Assembly (NCBI GenBank): GCA_964491365.1
Contig: CAZBFU010000002.1
Coordinates: 3,354-48,310 of the forward strand
Direction: 5' to 3'
Origin: an uncultured Pseudomonadales bacterium
GTDB taxonomy: Bacteria > Patescibacteriota > Microgenomatia > UBA1400 > MFAQ01
Length of the DNA: 44,957 bases
Positions 28,058 through 41,390 of this stretch are shown piece by piece (within the stretch, counting starts at the first letter, position 1; every line of letters starts with the position of its first letter). A model generated the notes under the pieces. That model did no database searches, had not been told where the DNA came from, and saw only the letters and a list, made by a program, of their open reading frames with translations. The position numbers and the translations under genes were made by a program.

Positions 28058-28302
28058 ATTACCCAATTCCGAAGTAAAACCCGAAATAATGCTCAATATA
28101 TTTAGATAAACCCCCTATTCCAATCCATTAAAGGTTCATTATTATGGATTTCGTGCCTACTGAGGCTAAATGAATAATTACCCGAAAACTTTAATCTTCT
28201 TAAATAATATGACCATGATATCTATAGACGATTAAGTACCCATTATTTGATTTAGAAGCCTTTTTAGGGGCATTACAGAGGCTCGTGTTTTGAGGCTAAA
28301 TG
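28058..28302 (+). repeat. Degenerate tandem duplication of two units, roughly 120-130 bp each
   Basis: Four anchors occur in the same order in both units. ATTACCC at 28058 and 28177. AAATAAT at 28084 and 28202. TCGTG at 28151 and 28283. The exact 12-mer TGAGGCTAAATG at 28161-28172 and 28291-28302. Confidence 0.5.
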
Positions 28303-28525
28303 TTGTTATTAGATATTGATTCTTTTCCTGGTTATTTGATTGATTATTGTCTTGTGAAATTGTCAATGAAATTAATATAACCATCGATAAACGTATTTAT
28401 ATTATTAAAGAAATATTGTTAATATTCTTAGCAATAAGAAATGCATTGTCAGAGAGATTTTTTAGTAATAGAGAGATTATTAATTTGAGAATATGTTTCT
28501 AAAAAGTGTGCGACTCCCCTACTCT

Positions 28526-28553
28526 TTCCGTGAAAAGAACAATTCCGTGAAAA
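28526..28553 (+). repeat. Direct repeat TTCCGTGAAAA x2 (17-bp period) upstream of the recombinase gene, with an inverted 9-mer partner at 27745-27753
   Basis: TTCCGTGAAAA occurs at 28526-28536 and 28543-28553, with a related TCGTGAA at 28561. TTTTCACGG at 27745-27753 is the exact reverse complement of the CCGTGAAAA core. A related TTTTCACAA lies at 27726. Confidence 0.5.
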
Positions 28554-28598
28554 TAAATTGTCGTGAATTGTTTATGATTATGTACTACAGTTATAGAT

Positions 28599-29546
28599 AT
28601 GGCCAAGCAGCGATCAGCAGAAGATTTAACAATTAAGAAATTGGTTTCTAGATTTCTTTCTCATCTAGAGATTGAGAAAAACTATAGTAAACAGACTTTA
28701 GTTAAGTATTCTCACTACCTTAAGACCTTTAGGCTTTGGTTTACAAAAGAGTATCAACAAGAATATATAGAGAGATTAAGCCCAGAAATTATTCGAAGAT
28801 ATCGTCTGTATTTGGCGCGAAAGGAAGATGATCGAGGCAGAACTTTGGCTACGGTTAGTCAATCTTATTACATGATCGGATTGAGATCGTTTTTGAAATA
28901 TTTATCCAAAAAAGGAATCAAGTCGCTTGCTCCTGATAAGATTGAGCTTCCAAAAACCGAAAGTAGGTCCTTAAAATTTTTGTCGCGTGAACAGGTGGAA
29001 AGACTACTTGAAATGCCAGATTTAAGTAAAATTGCAGGTTTACGCGATAGAGCCTTAATGGAATGTCTTTTTTCCACCGGTCTTCGTGTCAGTGAACTAG
29101 CAAAGATGTCGATAGACAGAATTGATTTGAAGACTAGAGAGTTTCAAGTGATAGGAAAAGGTAGAAAATCGAGAATTGCATTTTTGACTGATAGAGCCGC
29201 TGACTGGTTGAATAAATATTTAACGGAACGTAAAGACGCACACAAGCCAATTTGGATAAGGTTTGGTGGCAGAAAAGCTGACCCAACCATGCCGGGTGAA
29301 AAAAAACGATTGTCGATTAGAGGTATCCAACGTATTGTAGAAAAATATCGTTTACAAGCCGGTTTACCAGTCAAAGTATCGCCACACGTACTAAGACATT
29401 CCTTTGCAACTTCGCTTTTATCAAATGGTGCAGACCTTCGAAGTGTCCAAGAAATGCTTGGTCATAAAAACGTTTCGACTACCCAGATTTATACACACGT
29501 CACCAATCCACAACTAAAAGAAATCCACGACAAATTTCTTAAATAG
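28599..29546 (+). CDS. Tyrosine recombinase, XerC/XerD family
   Basis: N-terminal SAM-like core-binding domain. Catalytic residues in GLRVSEL (Arg), HVLRHSFAT (H-x-x-R) and [15 protein letters not shown] (His and Tyr). Confidence 0.9.
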   Translation: MAKQRSAEDLTIKKLVSRFLSHLEIEKNYSKQTLVKYSHYLKTFRLWFTKEYQQEYIERLSPEIIRRYRLYLARKEDDRGRTLATVSQSYYMIGLRSFLKYLSKKGIKSLAPDKIELPKTESRSLKFLSREQVERLLEMPDLSKIAGLRDRALMECLFSTGLRVSELAKMSIDRIDLKTREFQVIGKGRKSRIAFLTDRAADWLNKYLTERKDAHKPIWIRFGGRKADPTMPGEKKRLSIRGIQRIVEKYRLQAGLPVKVSPHVLRHSFATSLLSNGADLRSVQEMLGHKNVSTTQIYTHVTNPQLKEIHDKFLK

Positions 29547-32139
29547 CTTTTATGGTCGTGACGGCGGTGACGAGGTCGCCTGTCTTGGCAAATCGCATAA
29601 GGATGACCCCTTGGGTGGGACGTTGAAGTACCGGAACAGAAGCAACTGACATTTTGATTGCTTGAGCTTCTTTGGTGGTAATGACAAGTTCCCCATCGGA
29701 GTTGGTGACAACCATAGAGTTAGCAATTTGACCAGTTTTCTTGGTGACTTCCATCACTTTTACGCCCATACCACCTCGTTTTTGTAAAGGATACTGTGTG
29801 ACTGGGGTACGTTTGCCCAAGCCCTTTTCAGTAATAGTCAAAACGTCGCGAAATGTTTTGTTCTTCTTATCGTTTTCTAGGTCAATCGGATTGATGTTCT
29901 CCATCGCGACAACGAAGTCTTCATCTGAGAGCATAATGCCGCGGACACCCATGGTGTCTCGAGCGGTTGGACGAACGTCTGTTTCTGGGAATTTGATAGA
30001 TTTTCCTTCTTTGGAAACTAAGAGAATGTGATCACTTCCTGACGATAGATTTACCCAGACAAGTTTGTCTCCTGGAGTAAGTTTAACGGCGATTAGTCCG
30101 TTATTTCGGATATTTGTATATTCTACTGCCTTAGTTCTTTTGACACTCCCCTTTTTGGTGGTAAAGAATAAGAAATTCTTTTGCTGAAGTGCAGTTTTAG
30201 ACAACGGTAAGAGTGTTTGGATGGTTTCATCGGCATCAATATTAACCAAATTGATGATAGCTTGACCTTTACTGGTGCGACTACCTTCGGGTAGTTCCCA
30301 TACTTTCAAACTAAAGACTTTCCCTCGACTAGTGAAAACCAATAACTGATCATGGGTACTTGCACTGGTCATTAAGTAAACTTCATCGGAATCTTTTACG
30401 GTCATACCTGTAACGCCCTTCCCTCCCCTACTTTGCGCACGGAATGAATCAATGGGCATGCGTTTGATATATCCAGTTTTAGTCAACGTAATGATAGTTT
30501 CTTCCTGAGCAATTAAATCTTCGTCTGAAAACTCTCCTACTGGACTCTTGTAAACCTTGGTTTTGCGAGCGTCTCCATAGGTTTCTACAACCTGAGCCAA
30601 TTCAGTTTTAATCAATTTAAGAACTTGTTTGGGGTCCTTGAGTAATGAAACTAAATTCTTAATACGTGACATTAATTCGTTGTATTCAGCTTCTAGCTTC
30701 TCTCGTTCAAGATGGGCGAGTTTTTTAAGCTGCATTTCCAAGATAGCGAGTGACTGTAATTCTGAAAAACCAAATTTACCGATTAAATTTTGCTTAGCTT
30801 GTTCGGTGCTTTCGCTGCTACGGATGGTTTCAATGACTTGATCAATAATATCTAAAGCTTTCAATAAGCCTTCAAGAATATGTGCTCTTGCCTTGGCATC
30901 TTTAAGTTCAAATTGACTTCGGCGGACAACAACGTTTTGACGATGATGGGTGTACTCCATCAACATCTGTTTAAGGTTCATTAAGTGTGGTGTACCGTCG
31001 GAAGAAAGGACCACCATATTGACTGGGAATGATGATTGAAGTTCGGTTAAGGTCCAAAGATTGTTGAGAACACTTTTTGGTTTGGCATCTCGTTTTAGCT
31101 CTACAGCTACGGTTAAACCCTTTCGATCTGATTCATCACGTAAATCACTAATGCCATCTAACTTCTTTTTTTTGACAAGTTCGGCAATATGAGTAATAAG
31201 TTTGGCTTTATTGACTTGGTATGGAAGTTGGGTAATGAGAATTTGGAATTTTCCATTCTTTTTCTCCACAATTTCCGCAACTCCTCTATTGACGATACTA
31301 GCTCGACCGGTGTGATACGCTTTCTTAATTTCATTTTGGTCGTAGATACAGCCAGAAGTTGGAAAATCTGGACCTTTAATAAACTCACAAAGAGTATCTA
31401 TTTCGATTGGACTTTCTAAGTGTCCGACAATTTGATTAAATGGTTGATTTTCAATATTAGCTTCATCAATGACAGAGTCAGTAACTTTGGCCACGTCGAT
31501 TAAGGCAGTGATGGCATCAACTACTTCCTTGAGATTGTGTGGAGGAATTTTGGTAGCCATACCAACAGCGATACCTTCTGACCCCATGAGTAAGAGGTTG
31601 GGAAGATTAGCAGGAAGGACCAGAGGTTCTTTTTGTGAGCCATCAAAGTTGTCACCGAAATCTACCGTATCTTTGTCGATATCGGAAAGCATTTCTTCGG
31701 AAATTTTGGCAAGTCTAGCTTCGGTATAACGCATCGCTGCTGCCGAATCACCGTCAATTGAACCGAAATTTCCTTGCCCGTCGATTAAGGGATAGCGCAT
31801 GGAGAATTCTTGAGCCAAGCGGACCATAGTTTGGTAAACAGCTTGGTCACCGTGTGGATGATATTTACCTAAGACTTCTCCTACGACTCTGGCTGATTTT
31901 TTATAAGCACTTTTATGGGTTAGACCCATCTCTTTCATGGCAAATAAAATCCTTCGATGGACAGGTTTAAGTCCGTCACGTACATCTGGAAGTGCACGCG
32001 CGACGATCACACTCATGGCATAGTCGAGGTAGGATCGCTCCATTTCTTCGACAATCTGCACTGGTTGGATCAGACCGTATTCTGTTTTGTCAGCTGGTGC
32101 TTGAGGAGATAATGGTTGCTTTTGGTTTTGATCGTCCAT
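29539..32139 (-). CDS. gyrA: DNA gyrase subunit A
   Basis: [28 protein letters not shown], the active-site AAMRYTE, and the C-terminal beta-pinwheel repeats. Confidence 0.97.
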   Translation of the reverse strand: MDDQNQKQPLSPQAPADKTEYGLIQPVQIVEEMERSYLDYAMSVIVARALPDVRDGLKPVHRRILFAMKEMGLTHKSAYKKSARVVGEVLGKYHPHGDQAVYQTMVRLAQEFSMRYPLIDGQGNFGSIDGDSAAAMRYTEARLAKISEEMLSDIDKDTVDFGDNFDGSQKEPLVLPANLPNLLLMGSEGIAVGMATKIPPHNLKEVVDAITALIDVAKVTDSVIDEANIENQPFNQIVGHLESPIEIDTLCEFIKGPDFPTSGCIYDQNEIKKAYHTGRASIVNRGVAEIVEKKNGKFQILITQLPYQVNKAKLITHIAELVKKKKLDGISDLRDESDRKGLTVAVELKRDAKPKSVLNNLWTLTELQSSFPVNMVVLSSDGTPHLMNLKQMLMEYTHHRQNVVVRRSQFELKDAKARAHILEGLLKALDIIDQVIETIRSSESTEQAKQNLIGKFGFSELQSLAILEMQLKKLAHLEREKLEAEYNELMSRIKNLVSLLKDPKQVLKLIKTELAQVVETYGDARKTKVYKSPVGEFSDEDLIAQEETIITLTKTGYIKRMPIDSFRAQSRGGKGVTGMTVKDSDEVYLMTSASTHDQLLVFTSRGKVFSLKVWELPEGSRTSKGQAIINLVNIDADETIQTLLPLSKTALQQKNFLFFTTKKGSVKRTKAVEYTNIRNNGLIAVKLTPGDKLVWVNLSSGSDHILLVSKEGKSIKFPETDVRPTARDTMGVRGIMLSDEDFVVAMENINPIDLENDKKNKTFRDVLTITEKGLGKRTPVTQYPLQKRGGMGVKVMEVTKKTGQIANSMVVTNSDGELVITTKEAQAIKMSVASVPVLQRPTQGVILMRFAKTGDLVTAVTTIKAI

Positions 32140-32153
32140 AGAGGTTATTGTTT

Positions 32154-35705
<3,552 letters not shown>

Positions 35706-35746
35706 CTGTATAGCAAGTTTAACAAAGATGCATTACAGTTAATACT

Positions 35747-37537
35747 ATGAGTGAGCCTGCCAACGGATCTGTTTTTGGGCAGCCTAATGATATTCTTCGA
35801 ATCTTAACAGAATCAGGGAATATCACGGCGGCTCAAGCACAACAGGTTCGTGTAACTTTAGCTTCTTCCACAAACAAAACGGCAATAGACGCAATACGCG
35901 ATTTGGGATTTGTTGATCAGGAAACTTTAATCAAAGCCCAAGCAAAGGTGATGGGTATTCCTTTTTTTGATCAGACTTCAATTGTCTTATCGCCAGATTT
36001 ATTAAATTTGATCCCGAAGACATTGGCAGAGTCGTATCAGGTGATACCAGTTAGTATTGATCGTGTGAGTGGAGTGTTGACCGTGGCAATGGTAAATCCA
36101 CGAGATTTAGCATCAATAGATTTTCTAGAACGACGTACCAACATGAAATTGGCGGTAATGATGATTACCACCGATAGATTGAAGAGTTTGATTGAGCAGA
36201 ACTATGCTCAAAGTTTGATTGGAGAAGTCTCCGACGTGCTTAAGCGTGAAAATGTTAAGGATGATGACGATGTAGCCATTGGAGTAGTGACTGCGGAAAG
36301 TTTGGCACAAATCATAAAAGAGCCTAAAATTGTTGAAATTGTAAAAAAAGTCCTTGAGCATGCAGTGAGGCTTCGAGCAAGTGACGTCCATATCGAACCG
36401 CTTGAAACAGTGACAAGGATTCGTTATCGTATCGATGGAATTTTGGAAGAGAAGCTGAGGTTGGATCGTGAATATCATGCTGCATTGGTTTCGCGTATCA
36501 AAATTTTGGCAAATATGAAAATTGACGAGAAGCGAATTCCACAAGATGGACGCTTTAATTTCAAGTCAGATGATGGTGAAGTGGACCTTCGTATTTCAAC
36601 CTTACCTACCGTTCATGGTGAGAAAGTTGTTATGCGTTTGCTTAAAAAGAATTCAAAAGTACCCTCGATGCAGGATTTGGGTCTACGTGGAAAGGCACTT
36701 AAAAATTTGGAAGAAGCTGTTTTGATCCCCCATGGGATTATTTTGATTACAGGGCCTACTGGTTCTGGTAAAACAACCACTCTTTATTCCCTGTTAACTA
36801 AAATTAATACCCCAAAGGTGAATATTGTGACCCTTGAAGACCCAGTTGAGTATCAGATGACTGGTGTAAATCAAGTCCAGATCAATCCTCAGGCAGGACT
36901 CACTTTTGCTTCTGGACTACGCTCGTTTTTGCGTCAAGATCCTAACATTATCATGGTAGGAGAGATTCGTGATGAAGAGACGGCTGAATTGGCTATTCAA
37001 GCTTCCCTAACTGGACATTTAGTTTTTTCGACTATTCACACAAATTCAGCATCTGGAGCCCTCCCCCGTTTGATCGATATGAAAGCCGAACCTTTTTTGT
37101 TGGCATCTTCGATGACAGCCATTGTTGGACAACGTGTGTTACGAAGAGTCTGTGAGCATTGCAAAACTTCATATGTTGCAGATAAAGCAGTATTAGATGA
37201 CATGAAGCAAGTTTTGGGGCCTGTTTATGATGCCTTTGTGAAGGCAAATCCTGCCGTGGTCGAAATGGCTAATAAACAAGGTGGAGAAATGCTCTTGTAT
37301 AAAGGCAAGGGTTGTGAAGTATGTGGTGGTGTTGGTTTTTATGGACGAGTCGCAATTTATGAAGTTTTATCTGTTTCTAACAAAATTGCTCGATTGATTA
37401 TGGAAAGAGCCGATGCTGCTACGATTGAGAGAGAAGCTGTAAATGAAGGGACGTTGTTGATGAAACAAGATGGGTACTTGAAAGCTCTAGAAGGAACCAC
37501 CACAATAGAAGAAGTATTAAGAGTTGCACAGATTTAA
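35747..37537 (+). CDS. pilB: Type IV pilus assembly ATPase PilB (GspE family)
   Basis: N-terminal T2SSE_N-like domain, Walker A GPTGSGKTTT, Asp and His boxes, and a tetracysteine motif (CEHC...CEVCGG). Confidence 0.93.
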   Translation: MSEPANGSVFGQPNDILRILTESGNITAAQAQQVRVTLASSTNKTAIDAIRDLGFVDQETLIKAQAKVMGIPFFDQTSIVLSPDLLNLIPKTLAESYQVIPVSIDRVSGVLTVAMVNPRDLASIDFLERRTNMKLAVMMITTDRLKSLIEQNYAQSLIGEVSDVLKRENVKDDDDVAIGVVTAESLAQIIKEPKIVEIVKKVLEHAVRLRASDVHIEPLETVTRIRYRIDGILEEKLRLDREYHAALVSRIKILANMKIDEKRIPQDGRFNFKSDDGEVDLRISTLPTVHGEKVVMRLLKKNSKVPSMQDLGLRGKALKNLEEAVLIPHGIILITGPTGSGKTTTLYSLLTKINTPKVNIVTLEDPVEYQMTGVNQVQINPQAGLTFASGLRSFLRQDPNIIMVGEIRDEETAELAIQASLTGHLVFSTIHTNSASGALPRLIDMKAEPFLLASSMTAIVGQRVLRRVCEHCKTSYVADKAVLDDMKQVLGPVYDAFVKANPAVVEMANKQGGEMLLYKGKGCEVCGGVGFYGRVAIYEVLSVSNKIARLIMERADAATIEREAVNEGTLLMKQDGYLKALEGTTTIEEVLRVAQI

Positions 37538-37540
37538 ACA

Positions 37541-38602
37541 ATGGATATTAAGAATTTACTACAAAAAACTTTTGAGACTGGTTCGTCGGACTTACACATG
37601 GTGGTAGGTTCACTACCAATGTTTCGTACTTATGGGAAACTAAACGCAGTTCCTGAAACTACAATACTTGAAGCTGACAGTTTGAAGACACTTTTGATGT
37701 CTTTGATTACTCCAGATCAACAACAGAAGTATATTGCTGAACGTGAGTTAGATTTTTCTTTTGCCCTACCTGGAGTAGCTCGATTTCGATGTAACTACTA
37801 TATTCAGCGAGGTACTGTTGCAGCTGCATTTCGTGTGATTCCAGTTAAAATTCCCACTATAGAAGAATTACAGCTACCTCAGATTTGTCATACTTTTGCG
37901 GGCTTAAAACAAGGATTCATTTTAGTGACAGGTCCGACTGGTTCAGGAAAATCTTCTACCTTGGCAGCGATTTTAGAAGAGATTAATGTGACTCGTGCTG
38001 AGAACGTAATAACGATTGAAGATCCTATTGAGTTTGAATATTCCAATAAAAAATCAATTTTTTCTCAACGAGAAGTTGGTGGAGATACCAAATCTTTTGA
38101 AAGAGCATTAAAGTCTGCTCTTCGTGAAGATCCAAATGTAGTTTTGGTTGGTGAAATGCGAGATTTAGAAACAATAAAAGCGGCGATAACAACCGCGGAA
38201 ACAGGTCATTTGGTCTTCTCTACTCTGCATACAAATTCAGCGGCGCAAACTATCGACCGTATCATCGATTCTTTTCCTGAAGAGCAACAAGATCAAATTA
38301 GGACACAGTTGGCTAATTCACTTGAAGCAGTTTTTGCACAAAGATTAATTCCAACCAAAGATGGAAAACGAATTGTTGCTTATGAGGTTATGGTGGCAAC
38401 CCCTGCTATCAAAAGTAACATTCGTGAAGGCAAAACTCATCAAATTGACAATATTATTCAAACTGGTGCAGAGCAAGGAATGATTTTGATTGACAATATA
38501 CTGGCTCAACACGTTAATCGGGGCATAGTAGATCGAGAAGTGGCATATAAGTACTGCAACTACCCAACTGTCTTAAGTAGACTTATTGGTGAATCGAGAT
38601 GA
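37541..38602 (+). CDS. pilT: Type IV pilus retraction ATPase PilT
   Basis: 353 aa. SDLH, Walker A GPTGSGKSST, and the ETGHLVFSTLHTNSA motif typical of PilT. Confidence 0.9.
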   Translation: MDIKNLLQKTFETGSSDLHMVVGSLPMFRTYGKLNAVPETTILEADSLKTLLMSLITPDQQQKYIAERELDFSFALPGVARFRCNYYIQRGTVAAAFRVIPVKIPTIEELQLPQICHTFAGLKQGFILVTGPTGSGKSSTLAAILEEINVTRAENVITIEDPIEFEYSNKKSIFSQREVGGDTKSFERALKSALREDPNVVLVGEMRDLETIKAAITTAETGHLVFSTLHTNSAAQTIDRIIDSFPEEQQDQIRTQLANSLEAVFAQRLIPTKDGKRIVAYEVMVATPAIKSNIREGKTHQIDNIIQTGAEQGMILIDNILAQHVNRGIVDREVAYKYCNYPTVLSRLIGESR

Positions 38603-39801
38603 AAAAATTTAAGTACAAAGTAATTGATGACACCAATCGAGCAGCGGTTGGATTGTTGGAAGCGACAAATATTAATCACGCCGCATCAATTTTGCGAGGT
38701 AAAAAGTTAACTATTGTTCAGCTTTCTGAGAATGACGATGGTGCTGTTGAGGACTTACTGGCAAGTATCAATAAACCTAAGTTTGATGAGATTGTAAATT
38801 TTACCCGTCAGTTGGCAACGATGATTGCCTCCGGATTGCCCTTGGTTGAAGCCTTGCGTATTTTGAAAGATCAATCAAAAGTAAGAATGGCGCAAGTAAT
38901 AGAGAAAATCTTAACTGAAGTTGAAGGAGGTTCGCCTTTGGGGACGGCCTTAGAAAAAACAGATGGTGTATTTAGCCATGTTTATGTAGCCTTGGTGCGT
39001 GCTGGTGAAAGTGCAGGTATGCTTGACACGATCTTAAAAAAAATGGCAGATACTTTGGATAAACAACGCGAATTTCAAGGAAAGACAAAAGGAGCCATGA
39101 TCTACCCAATGATTGTCATGATTGGTATGGTGGTGGTTGCTGCAGTAATGATGATTTTTGTAGTACCAAAGATGACAGAAATGTATAAGGATTTTGGAGC
39201 CGAACTGCCCTTGCCTACTCAAATATTGATGGGAATTTCTGATTTTATGGTGGCGTTTTGGCCGTTTATTTTTGGAGGGCTTTTCTTGCTAGGAGGAGTA
39301 ATTCGCCAATGGGCAAAGAATCCAGTAGGTTCACTTATTGTGGAACAGGTGATGTTTAAAATTCCCATCTGGGGACAGCTTAAAAAAGACATGATCTTGG
39401 CAGAATTTGCCCGCACGATGAGCTTGCTGACGACTGCGGCTATTCCTATCTTGGATGGATTACGAATTGTGGCTGACACTTTGGGTTCTCAAATTTATGG
39501 TGACGATATTAAGCGAGCGGCTGTGCGAGTGGAAAAAGGGTCTTCTCTATCAGAAGCGATTGCGACTACGAGTGAATTTCCTCAAATATTACCCCAAATG
39601 ATTGCTGTAGGTGAACAAACTGGAAAGGTAGATGAAATCTTGGCTAAACTGGCGGCATATTATGAATCTCAAAGTGAATTGAAGGTTAAAGCACTGACTA
39701 CAGCCATAGAACCTTTGATAATGGTGGTTATGGGTATAGGAGTGGGGTTTCTTGTAATCGCGGTAATTATGCCTGTTTATAACTTAACAAATCAGTTCTG
39801 A
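38599..39801 (+). CDS. pilC: Type IV pilus platform protein PilC (GspF family)
   Basis: Two GspF-type repeats, each followed by TM segments. 400 aa. ATGA overlap with pilT. Confidence 0.9.
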   Translation: MKKFKYKVIDDTNRAAVGLLEATNINHAASILRGKKLTIVQLSENDDGAVEDLLASINKPKFDEIVNFTRQLATMIASGLPLVEALRILKDQSKVRMAQVIEKILTEVEGGSPLGTALEKTDGVFSHVYVALVRAGESAGMLDTILKKMADTLDKQREFQGKTKGAMIYPMIVMIGMVVVAAVMMIFVVPKMTEMYKDFGAELPLPTQILMGISDFMVAFWPFIFGGLFLLGGVIRQWAKNPVGSLIVEQVMFKIPIWGQLKKDMILAEFARTMSLLTTAAIPILDGLRIVADTLGSQIYGDDIKRAAVRVEKGSSLSEAIATTSEFPQILPQMIAVGEQTGKVDEILAKLAAYYESQSELKVKALTTAIEPLIMVVMGIGVGFLVIAVIMPVYNLTNQF

Positions 39802-39815
39802 TGCTTTTCTGAAAT

Positions 39816-39844
39816 TTGACTTTTGCTTTGATAACTTCTAAATT
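39816..39844 (+). promoter_or_regulatory. Candidate sigma70-type promoter for the pilin gene
   Basis: TTGACT (39816-39821), a 17-nt spacer, then TAAATT (39839-39844), about 33 nt upstream of the pilin ATG. Confidence 0.4.
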
Positions 39845-39877
39845 GATTATTAGCTAGATTATTAAAAAATAGCATCT

Positions 39878-40513
39878 ATGAAACTGTCCAAAAACTTCCC
39901 TGTCGCCAAGCAGGGTTTTACCCTCATCGAGCTTTTGATCGTGATCGGTGTCTTGGGTATCTTGGCAACTGGTTTAATGGCGGCGGTCGACCCATTTGAA
40001 CAGTTGAAGAAAGCACGTGACGCAAATAACCGAAATGCGGTGGTCGAGTTACATAATGCGGCTACTCGTTACTACGCGACGCATGGTTCATTTCCTTGGG
40101 ACGTAACACCTGCAGTAACAGCTTGTGATAATACGATATTCGGCGGAAGTAGAGCCACTGATCCTACGGCTTTACCGTTAAATGATGCGAACATGTCATT
40201 GTGTATTGCTGCATTTGAAGCTGATGGTGAACTAAAAACTGGTTTCTTGACTGCATTAGGTAACACTGCAGCAAATATGCATATAAGTTCGTCAGGATTA
40301 ACTCAAGTGTCTGTGTGTTTTGCACCTGAGGGTAAAGCTCTTTGGAACGATCCTCAGACAAAATATAATATGCAAGGGGTTGATTGTGGTACCACTGCTT
40401 GTGCTACAGGAACATATCAGGCAGATTGTACGGCTACTGCCAAAACTACTGGTGGTGCAGGTATGACACCTGGTGCCACTGATCCAAACAGTTGTTTCTG
40501 GTGTGTGAGATAA
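39878..40513 (+). CDS. Type IV pilin (candidate major pilin) with a Cys-rich C-terminal region
   Basis: Class III signal KQG|FTLIELLIVIGVLGILA, with Glu at +5. The gene has its own promoter-like element and a downstream hairpin. Confidence 0.85.
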   Translation: MKLSKNFPVAKQGFTLIELLIVIGVLGILATGLMAAVDPFEQLKKARDANNRNAVVELHNAATRYYATHGSFPWDVTPAVTACDNTIFGGSRATDPTALPLNDANMSLCIAAFEADGELKTGFLTALGNTAANMHISSSGLTQVSVCFAPEGKALWNDPQTKYNMQGVDCGTTACATGTYQADCTATAKTTGGAGMTPGATDPNSCFWCVR

Positions 40514-40540
40514 AAGAAACGAATATTATTAAATGGGATA

Positions 40541-40565
40541 AATCCCGCCCGATTTGGGCGGGATT
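40541..40565 (+). terminator. Terminator-like hairpin after the pilin gene
   Basis: AATCCCGCCC (40541-40550) pairs with GGGCGGGATT (40556-40565) around loop GATTT. The downstream tract is only partly T-rich (GTTGT). Confidence 0.5.
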
Positions 40566-40583
40566 GTTGTATATTGAGGGCTG

Positions 40584-41381
40584 ATGTGGGAAGTACTGAT
40601 AGTTCTATTGTTAGGATTAGTGTTTGGGAGTTTTTTAAACGTGGTGGTTTATCGAACTACGCACGAGCTGTCCCCAATTAAAGGCCGATCGATTTGTGAA
40701 CATTGTGGCCATCAAATTAGATGGTTTCATAATATTCCTCTACTCTCATTTTTGTTACTAAGAGGAAAGTGCTATGACTGTGGTAAGCCAATTGGCTGGC
40801 AACATCCGATCGTTGAAGGAATCAGTGCCCTACTCTTTTTATGGTGGTACATGATTGGGATGGGATTAATGTATTTGGGTGGAGGATGGTTGCCTTTATT
40901 ACAACCAGTTTTTTGGTTACTAGTGGGCATGTGTCTTTTGGTAATATTTTTTGCAGATTTGTGGTATGGAATTATTCCAGACGGTGTCAATCTAACTTTA
41001 TTGATTCTTTCCCTGTCTTATCGTGTCGTTTTGATTTGGTCTGGAGAGATGAAGCCGATCGACTTTTTAAGTTCAATTCTGGCAGGGTTAATCTTGATGT
41101 TATTCTTTTTTGCACTTTGGGCTGGTACTAAGGGTAAGGGTTTTGGAGGTGGTGACGTAAAATTAGCTCCATCTTTAGGATTACTGTTGGGTTGGGAAAG
41201 AACTTTAGTAATGTTTATGGTTAGCTTTGTAATGGGAGCGATTGTGGCAATTACCTTTATGATTTTTAAGAAGAAAAAATGGGGCCAGACAATTCCCTTG
41301 GGTCCCTTCTTGGTTCTAGGGACTTTTATTTCGTTACTGTTTGGCTATGAATTGTTTAAAACCTATGTGCAAATGCTGTAA
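40584..41381 (+). CDS. pilD: Prepilin peptidase PilD (A24 family)
   Basis: N-terminal GSFLNVVVYR, a CxxC...CxxC zinc module, a multi-TM domain and the GGGDVKL aspartyl motif. Confidence 0.9.
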   Translation: MWEVLIVLLLGLVFGSFLNVVVYRTTHELSPIKGRSICEHCGHQIRWFHNIPLLSFLLLRGKCYDCGKPIGWQHPIVEGISALLFLWWYMIGMGLMYLGGGWLPLLQPVFWLLVGMCLLVIFFADLWYGIIPDGVNLTLLILSLSYRVVLIWSGEMKPIDFLSSILAGLILMLFFFALWAGTKGKGFGGGDVKLAPSLGLLLGWERTLVMFMVSFVMGAIVAITFMIFKKKKWGQTIPLGPFLVLGTFISLLFGYELFKTYVQML

Positions 41382-41390
41382 GATGGTTTT

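Noticed and set aside
27908-28105. A 65-codon ORF in the large intergenic region.
   Set aside because: It has a GTG start and no visible SD sequence. Its composition is not protein-like and it runs through the hairpin series. It cannot be excluded as a small protein, but it is not supported.
28380-28450. A dif-like Xer site in the AT-rich stretch (for example CGTATTTATATTATTAAAG, or the AAGAAATATTGTTAATATTCTT near-palindrome).
   Set aside because: Similarity to known dif consensus arms is partial and lies in very AT-rich sequence. No 11-6-11 architecture could be aligned convincingly.
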